Assembly: GCF_018350175.1 (NCBI RefSeq)
Contig: NC_058368.1
Location: forward strand, 64,234,001 to 64,298,000
DNA from: Felis catus
Lineage: Eukaryota
Direction of reading: 5' to 3'
DNA length: 64,000 nucleotides
Part shown: positions 12,133 to 24,258 of the stretch, in pieces
How the letters are laid out: every line of letters begins with the position of its first letter
How positions within the stretch are numbered: the first letter of the stretch is position 1
The notes under the pieces: generated by a model
What the model was told of the DNA's origin: nothing
Seen by the model: the letters and a program-made list of their open reading frames with translations, nothing else
Databases searched by the model: none
Position numbers and translations under genes: made by a program

Positions 12133-13116
12133 ATATCAATCCATTTTATATAGTATTGCATTCTTCACTCATTAACGTTACTTTCAATAATCTGGCTATC
12201 CCTTTTTGTTTTCTCGTGATTTGTCCTGAGTGACATTACCCATAACCGTAACTCCATCATGTCTAATAGGCTGATATTAGATATTTGTAAGATTGTTACA
12301 GTTTATGGCATCCATAACATTATTTGTTCCATGTCCTTTCTGTACTTACTAGAATTTTGGAGACTAAATTTAAAATATGAAAATAAAAATGAAAAGCCAG
12401 GGAGCTGGACTTTCTTCTCATCTTTATTACAAGTTTTACCAGGAGCCTGGGTCTCATTTATGTCACCATGGATTTATTTTACAAGTTTGGACTTGCAAGA
12501 ATGTGCCAGAATTTGAATGCCTTACACATGTTTTGAAAAGCAACTATATTATATGCAATGCACTGACCTTTTAGTGTTCATTTTGATTGGTTAATGGTTA
12601 TACCTTTATAGCTCAGTAAGATTGTAAACAAGGGAAAAAACCGGAATTGATAAAGGTCAGGGAAGTTTAGTGGCAAAATTTATGAAACCCTACACTTTTC
12701 CTATGAATAAAAATGATTAAAATTTATACATTTGCCTCCTAAACATATATTTAGAAATAGAGATTATATAAAATTAATTCAAAACAAACTACCAAATATT
12801 ATTTTCTTAATTTTGTTTTAAATAAATCTTGCTTTGTGTCTACCTTTGCAAGAAAGTTTCTCTTCCTTCACTGCACATCTTTCAAGTTCTTATTTTTAAA
12901 AATGAATGCATTGATTTTGCATATAGCTATGATAATAATACTAGAAAAGTTTAGGTTTTTCTTTTTTGTTAAACATTCTTTCTCTAGTTCCTAGAACACA
13001 GTGGCTTAATAAACACTATTTACTTATCAAAATTGAAATCTTAAAGGAAAATATAAGCAATATAAGTAAGCATCAAAAGGATGATAGAAACTATGCAATA
13101 AAATCTTAGCAGTTCT

Positions 13117-13318
13117 GTATTTAAAAATTTTTTAATGTCTGTTTATTTTTGAGAGAGAGACAGAGCACGAGCAGGCAGAGAGAGAGGGAGATGCAGAACC
13201 TGAAGCAGGCTCCAAGCTGTCAGCACAGAGCCCAACACGGGGCCCAAACTCACGAACTGTGAGATCATTACCTGAGCCACAGTCGGACGCTCAACCGACT
13301 GGCCCACCCAGGCACCCC
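13117..13318 (-). mobile_element. Can-SINE
   Basis: TSD aaaatcttagca(g/a)ttct. Confidence 0.95.
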
Positions 13319-13987
13319 AAAATCTTAGCAATTCTTACAACGGTCTTCCAGAATTATCTGCCATTCCATCTTATTCCTCTTTGGTGTAGAATCATTTGTG
13401 AGCTCAACTAAGAAGAAGAGAAGAACTGAAAAAAGCTGGAAATTGTAACTGATGTAAGTAGTCAGGTCACACTGTGCAGGAGCATGCATTGCTAGAAAAT
13501 GTTTAGAAAAAGTCTCTTTGCTTAAAATTGCATGAAGACGGAGAAAAAGACATTGCAAAAAGAAGAAAGAAAATGTAGTCAGGGGTATTGTGGCTGCGGA
13601 AGCCCAGGTGACAAGGAGGAGAAGAGATTAGTTGTAAAAAGCAATCAACACTCTTGAGAGTTGAGAATGGGGAATGTGGAAAATTGATCGGCTTTCCAGA
13701 ATGGGTAAAAATAGTCACTGGCATGTCAATAACATATAGATTCTGACGAATCTGGCTTAGGCAAACACATAGAGGGTCTCTGCTGTGTGGGTGAATCATG
13801 CTGGAGTCTGGTGGTAAAGAAGAGAAACAACTGCTACATTTATATATAACTCTGGGGGTATGGAGCAGGATACAGAGCTGTAGAGACCATTATTTTAATT
13901 TAATTTAATCCTAGACTGTTATTCTAGAGTTTTATTTAAGTATATTTCTGAAGACAAATAATATACTAGTGGTAATTACCTGGATGG

Positions 13988-14403
13988 CGTCATAGGCAGT
14001 TTCTGATATAGCTCTCGATGATCCCACTTCCTAGTGTTCATGCCTTTGAGTGATCCCCTCTCTTTGAGTGCAGGCTGGATCTAATGTCTTGTTTCTGAAA
14101 CACACAATGTAGCAAAAGTAAAGGGATGTTACTTCTGGGATTAGGTTACAAAACAGACGTGCATCTTGCTGGCCCTCTCCCCACTTGCTGTTACCCTCTC
14201 CTGCTCTCTTGCTTTCTTGCTAAGATAAAGAGAGCTGCCATGTTGTAAGATGCTTTATAGGGAGGCCCATGTTGCGAGAAATCAAAGGAGTCCTCAGTCC
14301 AACAACTGTCAAGGAACTAAATCCTGCCAGCTATCGTGCGTGTGTGCTTGGAAATGAATCCTTCCCTGTCAGGCCTTGAGATGACTGCATTCAAGTGGCT
14401 GCC

Positions 14404-14404
<1 letters not shown>
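13988..14404 (+). mobile_element. MaLR LTR (MLT1E/F-like), partial
   Basis: 'gatgatcccacttcctagtgttcatgcctttgagtgatcccctctctttgagtgcaggctgga...gggatgttacttctgggattaggttacaaaa' resembles the MLT1F consensus as recalled. Confidence 0.8.

Positions 14405-14405
<1 letters not shown>

Positions 14406-14441
<36 letters not shown>
14406..14441. repeat. (CA)18 microsatellite
   Basis: Read directly. Confidence 0.97.
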
Positions 14442-14445
<4 letters not shown>

Positions 14446-15813
14446 TCCCCTTTCCATTTCTATCGTCAGTACCCTTCTGGCTTAGATCTATAACTGACAA
14501 TAAGGAAGAAGAATCCGTGATGGTGCCTGCATAGCTCTGAATTGACAATCTCCTCCCTTTATATTTCAGTTCAGTTTTGGAGGGATATGTCTTCTTTCCA
14601 CCAGCCCATAAGTAAAGTGTTCTAATCAGCTGGTCATTTTCCCCCCTAATACTCACATTGAGTCAATTGCAAGGGAATAGCAATATTGTTTAAGAAAGTA
14701 TTATGATCAAAGGAAGGGGAAATTGCATCTTCCAGGAAAGCCTGTGTGAAGAGCTAAAAAATGATATGACACTGAATACATGGAAGAGAGAGGGAACACT
14801 CAGAACATGAGAGCAGTTATCAAAAGGAAGCCAGTTTGTGCCAAAAATAAATAGCTCTTGTGCTGCCTCTGGCATATCTATCAAAAGATACTAATACTTA
14901 ATTTTTAAATGAAAATATTACCTTTTATAGTATGAAATTGTTATGTGGAATAAATATGTATGTATAAATGTATACATATGTAAGTATATATATGTATACA
15001 TTTATTTCAATTATTTAAGGGCACTCACTGGTATAGGGACATGGGGAAAATGCCAAGTAGAGACTGGTAAAGCACTGTATTGGATATTTAAAATTTAAAT
15101 GTATAAATGTTTTATTGAACTTCATAAGATTTTCTGTATTGCCTAAAAGATTATAATGTGAATGAATTATATAATAAGAAGGTACTTTTGTAATTTTAAA
15201 GTAAGGAAAATACATAGCCCCCCCTGCCAAGAACTTATTATCTTGGCAAAATTCATCAGGCCAGAAAGTTATTTGGACTAATTTGAGGTTCAACAACATT
15301 TTCACTCTTTGATGGAACAAAACTGAATTTTGAGGTACTAAGGTTGTCATTTGCCTATGCCCTACCTGATGGATGCTTTACTACTGCAGGTGAAAGGCTG
15401 TTCCTCAGATCAATCTTCCTTTCTTCTAATATTTACCTTCTTTAAAAATTTACAGAATATTGACTCAGTTCTACCCTAGTCTTCCCTATTTTCTCTGGGT
15501 CTTTTGATAATAGATGCTGACATTTCTGTCTGTCACTCATTCCAACATGTTCTCAGGGTTTATTTGTTTGTTATTTCTCCCTCCTTTAACTTGAGGCTTA
15601 CAGACCAAAGTAAATTTCTTACTCAGCACCGCAGAGGATGGTTCATGATAGTATTCCTGATAATTCCCCTAGTGGCATCTACATCATTACAGAGCTCTCT
15701 TCAGGGACACAAAGGGTTTGTGTATAACATATTTGAATTACATTTGGCCAGCTGACTTAAAAACAAGATACACTGTCACATTCTAAACTACTTCCTCAGA
15801 ACATGTTGGTTGA

Positions 15814-16008
15814 GGGGCACCTGGTGGCTCAGCCCATTGAGCGTCCAACTCTTGATTTGGGCTCAGGTCATGATCCCAGGGTTATGGGATCAAGCCCCAC
15901 CTCAGGTTCTGCACTGAGCCTGGAGCCTACTTGAGTTCTCTCTTTCCCTTTACCCCTCCCCTGCTCATTCTCTCTCTCTCAAAAAAAAATTTTTTTAATT
16001 TAAAAATT
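15814..16008 (+). mobile_element. Can-SINE (older, shorter subfamily)
   Basis: TSD agaacatg(t/c)tggtt; head GGGGCACCTGGTGGCTCAG. Confidence 0.93.
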
Positions 16009-16979
16009 AGAACATGCTGGTTTAAATCTTCTATCTCTCCATTGTTCTGGGTATATTTCTATGTACCTGTAGGTCAGCCCCTCAAGATGAAGCAGTAACA
16101 ATGTCAATAAATATACTTGAATGGTCATCATAATTACAAGACATTTTTATTTTTACTTCTGTCAGAGAGTTCAGAGTCCCACTAGCAAGACCTCTTTCTA
16201 GAAAAGCCATCTTAAATCCTTTTTGGACAATTTCCAGATATATTTTTAATTTGAGAAGCAATTTTGGTGGTCCATTGATTCCTAAGATGAGCATGTAAAA
16301 AAGATAACATGAGTTGAAAGTCTACGTTTATTTTTGGAATATTCAGTTCTGCAAAAATTTCATGACATAAACTTTTATGAATTTTAAGATGCTTTCAGAA
16401 CAAAAATTAAAAGACTCTGTATTAACAAATAAAGTACTAAAAGTAAAGGGAATGCAAGTTTGGTATGTAGGTCAGACTTGGCCAAAGAATTGTTGCAACA
16501 ATTAGAATGTAGATAAATTATATAATTAAAATTTTAAGGACAACTGGGACAACCAAAAGAACTAAAGAACTAAAATTTATAGACTGGAGAGTCCTGCCAA
16601 CATGGGCTATTTGTCAATGTTTATTCTCTGGAAGCTTTTTCTGACTGTGGGTAGAGGCTGAGGAGTGGGCCTGACCTGGATGAATCTTGGGGTAAAGTAG
16701 ACAGTGGTACACAATACTTCTTTTCTGGAGAGCTATCTGCCGAGTTCTTGGGTATATGTGAGGCTGAGGAACTATACCAAGGGATTCTAGACGGCAGAAT
16801 GAAATCTTCCAGGATCTCACAGTGCTTAGGAGATAAAATCGTTGAAAGGGAGGGGTCTACCATAAACGTATGGCCAACCCCCAGAACCTCACCCCAGACA
16901 TTTCTCAGGTTTTGAGGTTGCAGTGGAGAAACAAAGCAAAGAGCTAATCTCGATATCCCTGAAAGCTGGTTGATGCTCA

Positions 16980-17770
16980 TATGGTAATAAAATTAAAATA
17001 AACAGAATGAAAAGGTGGACATTTTCACAAAGAACTTGAATCTATATAAAAAATTAGGTAGGTATTTTAAAACTGAAAAGCCCACTAATTGAACTTAAAT
17101 CACTGAATAGGTGTAAATCACAGTAAATACAATAAAACCCAAATAAGTGAACGTGAAGAGAGATCCAGATCCACAGAAATAATCTAAACTGAAGAACAGA
17201 AATTAGATAAAGCAGAACAAAGCATAAGAGGCCTGGGCCACCATCAAAATGTCTAATATACCTGCAACTGGAGACCAAGAAAGACACATGAGAGGGAGTA
17301 GGAAAGACAAATATTTGAAGACCAATTGGTCAAGAATGTTGTACAACTGATAAAGGAAAAAGGTCCGTTCATAAGAAACTCAACAAAACCTAAGCAACAT
17401 AATACAAAGAAAACCATAACTAGGTAGATCTTAGTCAAACTGTTGAACCAAGACAAAATGAAAGTCTTAAAACCAAGTAAAAGAGCAAAACTAAGATTTT
17501 CAACAAAAACTAAAGACAGTAGAATGGCATCTTTCTTTAACATGCTGAGGGGAAAATTATGTCAATCCAGAATTCTATGACCAGTGAAAATATACATGTA
17601 AATGAAGCATAATAAAATCTATTTTGTCACATAAATGTTGAGTGAATGCTTACCTAGCAGACCTGAACTACAAGAAATACTTCAGTTCTTCAGGCTAAGG
17701 AAAAATAATTCCTAAAAGAAGCATGAAACTACAGGAAGCAATGAAGTTCACTGAAAACAAATCTTAAAAT
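16980..17770 (+). mobile_element. Old L1M ORF1-region remnant
   Basis: A-rich sense strand with L1 ORF1-like motifs ('caatccagaattctatgaccagtgaaaatat', 'ctagcagacctgaactacaagaaatact'). Confidence 0.7.
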
Positions 17771-17850
17771 ATTGGCACAAGAAGAAAATTTGACAATCAG
17801 AATGAGCTCTGTATCAATTATAGAAACCATATCTATAATTAACACATTTT

Positions 17851-17897
17851 ACACACACACACACACACACACACTCACACACACTCATACACACACA
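17851..17897. repeat. (AC)n microsatellite, imperfect 3' end
   Basis: Read directly. Confidence 0.95.
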
Positions 17898-18584
17898 GAA
17901 ATTTCAAGCACAGACAGATTATCTGGTAAATTCTTCTAAAAATAAAAGGAATGAATAGATTTAATCTTATACAAGCACTTTCAGGAAATACATACAAAAG
18001 AGAGACTTCTTCCTAATTTGCTGTGGGAAGCATATATTGACATTAAAATCTGACAAGGATATTAAAAGAAATTGGGGGGGGGATATTTACCATGAAATAC
18101 ACATGAGAAGGAGGGGTAAACATAAGAATTGGCCTCTGGAATTTATAATATATATTGAAATAAAATGTGATAATGAGAGTGGCTAAATAGTGTTTAACTT
18201 TTCTAAGGTTCTTATATTGTTGCCGAAGTGGTAATACTATTGAAAGTAGTATTGAATACTTATATTCAATAAGTATACTTATTGAAAGCAATAAGTCTAT
18301 AATAAATATTATACTATACATAAATATTACAATTATAATATCTAAGATATTCAAAAAGGTGTAACAAGAGGCTAACAAGCAATAAAAAATGATCCATCTA
18401 AAAATAGCAAGGAAAGACAAAAATAATAAAAATATTACATAAACATGAAAACAAATGTCATATCTAGAATTTATAAAGAACTCTTAGAAATCCATTAGAA
18501 AATGTAGATAACCTGTTTTTTCCTATGGGTAAATGACTTGAAAAGTCACCTTATATTAGAGGATGAAAAAAAAAATCAAAATCA

Positions 18585-18744
18585 GGGGCACCTGGGTGGT
18601 TCAGTTGGTTTGGCGTCCCACTTCGGCAAAGGTCATGATCTCATGGTTCTCAGGCCCCCCGTCAGGCTCCGTGATGACAGCTCAGAGCCTGGAACCTGCT
18701 TTGGATTCTGTGTCCCCCTCTTTCTCTGCCCCTCCCCTACTCAT

Positions 18745-18787
<43 letters not shown>

Positions 18788-18823
18788 CTTTCAAAAATAA
18801 ATAAACATCAAAAAAATTTAAAG
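18585..18823 (+). mobile_element. Can-SINE (SINEC_Fc-type)
   Basis: TSD aaaaaatcaaaatca (18570-18584, 18824-18838). Confidence 0.96.
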
Positions 18824-18854
18824 AAAAAATCAAAATCATATAAAAATAAATCAT

Positions 18855-19052
18855 CTTTTTTTTAGGTTTTATTTATATTTGAGAGAGACAGTGGGAATGG
18901 GGGAGGGGCAGAGAGAGGGGGACAGAGGATCTGAAGCAGGCTCTGTGCTGCCCCTAGAGAGCCTGCTAGGGGCTTGAACTCACAATTGGTGAGATCATGA
19001 CCTGAGCTGAATGAAGTCAGATGCTCAACTAACTGAGCCACCCAGGTACCCC
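18855..19052 (-). mobile_element. Can-SINE
   Basis: TSD ta(a/g)aaataaatca; head ...cccaggtacccc. Confidence 0.94.
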
Positions 19053-19431
19053 TAGAAATAAATCACTAAAACTATCACTACGTGCCCACAAAACAACTAA
19101 AATTAAAACAGCCAATATTACCAAGTCTTGAAGAAAGCATGGGATAACTGGAAGTGGTGTGTATTGTTGGTGGAAATTTAAACCTGAAGAACCATATCGG
19201 AAATCTATTCTGGCAATGTCTATTAAAGATAAATATTAATATACCCTTTGTCTCAGCAATTCCACTCCTGGATATACACTCAAGATCAATGAATGCTTAA
19301 GTCATTCAAAAAATATGCACAACAATATGCAATTAGCATTATTTATCGTATCCTCAAACTGAGAACAGATGAATAGTCCAATGCTAAATAAGTTGCTGTC
19401 TATGCATAAAATGGAACGCCTATATTGCAAT

Positions 19432-19893
19432 TGACAGGGTTCAGGAAAGGCAACGTCAAAATATGACATCATGACGAATTGAATATTTTGAGCTGAATAA
19501 ATTTGAGAAAGGGCAAGTGCAGGAACCTTCCCCTGAAGCAGGTTTTAAGACCCTAATATGAAAGGTGCTCTCACTATAAACAGGGTAGGGAGTATCCTTA
19601 TCTCCAAAGACTAGGGACTCAGCTCAGGAGAATCTGAACAACAAGCTTTTTCCCCACTTAGCTCATAGCCTTTTTTTTCCTATCACATTTTCCCATGATT
19701 TTCTGCTCTTCATCAAACCTAGCATAAGAATGCTCAGCTTTAACTGCTTCTTCCTAATGAAGGCTCCTGTGTCATATAAAATTCCTATTAAATAAATTTG
19801 TATGCTTTTCTCTTGTTAATCTGTCTTTTGTTGCAGAGATTGTAGTTGAGAACTTAAAAGGGTAGAAAGAAAAGAGACTTTTTCTCCCCTACA
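19432..19893 (+). mobile_element. ERV1-class solo LTR (MER34/MER39-like)
   Basis: TG...CA termini, 4-nt TSD CAAT (19428-19431, 19894-19897), internal 'aataaatttgtatgcttttctcttgttaatctgtc', end 'tttctcccctaca'. Confidence 0.88.
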
Positions 19894-20710
19894 CAATAAT
19901 AATGAATAATTGATACATACAATAATATGATAAATGTTTAAAACATAATGTTGAATATAAACAGCCATATACAAGAGGATATATACTACATGGTACTATA
20001 TTAAATTCATTAACAGGCAAATGAATCTATGTAAGTAGAGGTCAGAATAGCAGTTATCTTCTGATTCTTGTTATAGACTGAGATGATAGATTTCTGGGAT
20101 GCTTGTACTATATTCTAATTTGAGTTGTATTTTTGCCTGTATACCTATGCAAAAACTCACTGAACTGTATATTTAAGATCTGTAGACTATATTAATAAAT
20201 TATACATCAATATTAAGAAGGAGGAAATAAACAAATAAAGCTAGTTCCACTACACAGATACCGACCTCCATGACCTCACAATTTCATATTTAGATACCCA
20301 ACGTATATGACCGTTTTTTTTACACTGAAAGACATTTACAAGATTTTCATAGCAACAGTATTTTTACATCCAGACGCTCAAAATAGTACAATTGTCTACC
20401 AACACAATGGGAAATTAAGTTATGGTTCATTGATACTATAGAATAAAATACAGTAATTAAAAAGAATGAATTTCTGCTACATTTGGAATGTCACAGACAT
20501 GCTTGCATTCATATAAAGTTCCTCAGGAAAAATGAATCTGTGGTAGAAGTCAAAATTGTGTTATATTTGGGAGAAGAAAATGAGGCGTAAAAGAGGCTTC
20601 CGAAATGCTGGTAATGTTCTGTATCATGCTAATGGTGGTCACATGGCTGAGTTCATGTCGAATTCTTGAGGTTACACACTTACGACTTTTGCACTATTTA
20701 GTATGTATCT

Positions 20711-21418
20711 TTGTATTCAACCGTAAGGGTTATTGTAACAATAGACCACAAATTGTGGCTTAACACAGTGGATTTATTGCGTCACAGTTCTGGAGTCTGG
20801 AAGTTGGAAATCAAAGAGTCAGCAAGGGTGGGTCCTTCTGAGGGCTGTGAATCCGCTCCATGCCTCTTTCCTAGCTTCTGCTGGTTTTCTGGCAGCATTT
20901 GGCCTCCTTGGCTTGTAGGTGTGTCGGCCAACCCTACACCGTCACATACGTTTTCCTGCTATGTCCTTGTATGGTGTTCACTCTGTTCGTGTCTGGCCCT
21001 GTGTTCACATTTCCCCTTTTTATAAGGACAGTAATCATATTGCGTTAGGGCCCACCCTAATGATCTCATTTTCACTTTATTACCTCTGTAAAGACCCTAT
21101 TTTCAAAGAATGTCATGTTTGGGGCACCTGGGTGACTCAGCTGGTTGAGTGTCCGACTTCAGCTCAGGTCATGATCTCGTGGTCAGTGAGTTCGAGCCCT
21201 GCATAGGGCTCTGTCTGACAGCTCAGAGCCTGGAGCCTGCTTCAGATTCTGTGTCTCCCTCTCTCTCTGCCCCTCTCCCACTCATGCCGGCTCCCCCCCC
21301 CCCCAAAAGTAAACAAATAAACATTAAAAAATTAAAAAAAAAGAAGGTCATGTTTGGAGGTCCTGGAGTTTGGGACCTCACAATATATTTTTGCAGAAAC
21401 ATGATTCAGCCTATAAGA
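20711..21418 (-). mobile_element. MaLR LTR (MLT1B/C-like), interrupted by a SINE
   Basis: 'cacagttctggagtctggaagttggaaatcaa', 'tataaggacagtaatcatattg', 'ctgtaaagaccctattttcaaa'. Confidence 0.85.
21121..21339 (+). mobile_element. Can-SINE nested in MLT1
   Basis: 16-nt TSD aaagaa(t/g)gtcatgttt. Confidence 0.96.
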
Positions 21419-21453
21419 AACATATACTGTACATTTTAAAACTCTAAAAATTA

Positions 21454-21660
21454 GGGGTGCCTGGATGGCTCAGTTGGTTGAGCATCTGACTTTGGCTCAG
21501 GTCATGATCTCACAGTTTGTTTGAGTTCGAGCCCCGTGTTGGGCTCTGTGCTGACAGCTCAGAGCCTGGAGCTTGCTTCAAATTCTGTGTCTGCCCCTCC
21601 TATGCTCATGCTCTCTCTCTCTCTCTCAATAATAAATAAACGTTAAAAAAAATTTAAAAC
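21454..21660 (+). mobile_element. Can-SINE
   Basis: 16-nt TSD aaaactc(t/c)aaaaatta. Confidence 0.96.
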
Positions 21661-21757
21661 AAAACTCCAAAAATTAAAGCTAACAGAAAAAGGAATAGAA
21701 TTAAAATGTAGGTCAAGGAGGGCTGCAATAACCCTTGATGATAGAATACCTATTTCT

Positions 21758-21972
21758 TTTAAAAAAAAATTAAAGTTTTTATTTTGAGAGAGAAAGAGAG
21801 ACAGCATGTGTCAGGGAGGGGCAGTGAGAGACAGAGAGAGAGAATCCCGTGCAGACTCTGCACTGTCAGCACAGAGCCTGATGAGGGGCATGAGCCCAGG
21901 AAGCAGTGAGATCATGGCCTGAGCCGAAACCAAGACCTGGATGCTTACCCGACTGAGCCATCCAAGCTCCCC
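21758..21972 (-). mobile_element. Can-SINE
   Basis: Degenerate TSD tagaatacctatttct / tagaatgccagtttct. Confidence 0.94.
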
Positions 21973-24205
21973 TAGAATGCCAGTTTCTAAACCAAATGTT
22001 AGAATGGCTTGAAACATGTTAGAATTGAAAATTTTAGAGCCAGAAGGCACACTTGGGGACTTTCAACCTCCTCCTTTTTTTCAGCTAAAACATTTAGGCT
22101 CAGCAAAATTAAAGTTTGTTTAGGCACACATTTAAATCGTTAATGGAAGAATCTAGCCTAGAATCCCAAACACCCACCTGCCCTTTCCCCAAGGCAACCA
22201 CAGCCTCAAATTTTACTAATTTTTCTCAAATTGTTTCTAGAATATTTACCAAGATCACAATTCCTTAATCCTGGCTTAGCATATCTTTGTCCGTATTTTT
22301 GTGGTTTATGTAAAGAAAGCTAGATTAAGGGACTTTCACTGCAAAGGTGAAAATCAGAATGACATGTGTGAAGCTATAACTCTTGTTACCATCTGGCATA
22401 CACAAGGGTGTCGTACTAAATGAGATCAGAACGAGCTCCTTGGAAGTAAACCTTTAATAGACTGGGGAACTTTAAGGGCATCTCTCCTAGAATGTTTTAA
22501 TAGAGCATCTGAGGATGAGTTCCGCACAGCTGGCCAGTGAAGGCAATCTAGATTAGTTGCCAAAACTAGGTTTTAAATGAATTTGCAATCCGTCACAGTT
22601 CTTTCTAAAAGATAATGGAACTTTTGACGAATTAGCAAATAATCTTTTCTAATCTGGAACCCTTACGTCGACAATGTATCATGATTAAAGGTTTCCTTTC
22701 TCCCTTTCTCCCTCCCTCCTTTCCTTCCTTCCTTTTATTTTTTTCCCTTGTCTGTTTCTCATGACATCAGGCTTATACAGATCAATCATTCAAGGACAGT
22801 GATTCCAACATGTATCAGTTGGATGACATAAATCCTGTAGTCCTGTTAGAAATATATTAAGATAATAAAAAGAAATGGCAAGGGAAAATCTAAATAATGG
22901 AAATGCTAATTCCTGTATTCCATGTAAAAATTTCATGGTCTTTCTGTCAGTAGAGATAACTGAATTGCTAACATTGCCAATCCTTTTCTTTTTGACTGAG
23001 CCAAGATAAAGCAACATTTAGCAGATGAACTGAGCAAAGAAAACCACTCCCTTAGTAACACAACCAAAATTAATATTATACCATTAACTAGCAAATGCAT
23101 GTAAAGTTAAAATTACCTTTCTGATATGGGTGCCGATTCACTTCTGTAGAGTGTGCTTAATGGAAACCTGATTCACTAGCTGATGATCAGTTATCTAGAA
23201 TTCATCTTCAGTCAATCCATCCATGTTTTGGAATACTTTCACTTGTTTGCTCAGAGGGAGCAGATGTTCAGTTCTATCTTTGATTTTGGAAACTTGGTCG
23301 TTGTGCCTTATAGTGTCAGGAAGATGATACAAGATAATGAGGCAAATTGTTAGGCATGTTCTTAGCAGTAAATTACTAGTACCTTGAGTTGCTGTAGCAT
23401 CCAAACCAGGGAGAGGCCGTTTCCTGAGGTAATCTGTGTTTTTAGGGCAAATATGCATGTTAGTCTGTATTACATGGTGGTTATTTAAGTATTCTCATGC
23501 ATATGAAGACCTAGGAACAGAGATATAGGCTTTCAGCATGTTAAAAAATGACTCCTCGATGATAAACCACACCATGAATAATACAAATTCACGCTTCACC
23601 CAAGAAATGTAAAATAATGAGATTATTTAATATCTGGTTTTTCTGGTTTGGGATGTTCTTTAATTTTAATCATAGACTCACCTGGAACAGCTAGAAACCT
23701 GGATGGTGTCTATCCTATAATTGTGCATGACAATATGCAATGTGATTTGTGTGTGTGTCTATGTAGATATACAATATCTAGTGTGCAATATGCAGTAATG
23801 ATTTGGAAAATTAATAAACTACTTGGGAAGTAAGATAGCAGCATCAAGAAAACAATTCTCACCTTTTTTGGGGGTGGGGGGTGGGGCAATTATAAATGTC
23901 ATGCCTCATGTCCTACGTAATGAAATGTCTGACTTCAAGAAATTTGCATTACACATCCACTTAGTCCATTGAACATCTTACATGTTTGCAATATAGATGG
24001 GCTCCATTCTCCTCCTCCCCTCGTCTCCCATGCTCCTGCTGCAGGGTCCTTATACATTGCTTGTCACAAAGTGGCCTTGTTCCTTCCCTATTGTAGCCGT
24101 TGATCTTCTATATCTGTCCAGCTAACTCAGCATGGATGTTTTGATTGAAGGCTCCAAAATTAACTCTGGGGTTGTCTTGTAAGAGATGTTGTGTGTGCAT
24201 GTGTT

Positions 24206-24210
<5 letters not shown>

Positions 24211-24254
<44 letters not shown>
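24211..24254. repeat. (GT)22 microsatellite followed by (GTT)n
   Basis: Read directly. Confidence 0.97.

Positions 24255-24258
<4 letters not shown>

Larger units (their letters stand above)
17900..20220 (+). mobile_element. Old L1M ORF2/3' remnants, interrupted by two SINEs and a solo LTR
   Basis: L1 motifs 'cagcaattccactcctggatatacactcaag', 'aaaactcactgaactgtatatttaagat'. Confidence 0.7.

Noticed and set aside
18043..18420. Hydrophobic 125-aa ORF resembling a membrane or mitochondrial protein
   Set aside because: Antisense reading of A-rich L1 sequence; no NUMT-like genes or tRNAs seen.
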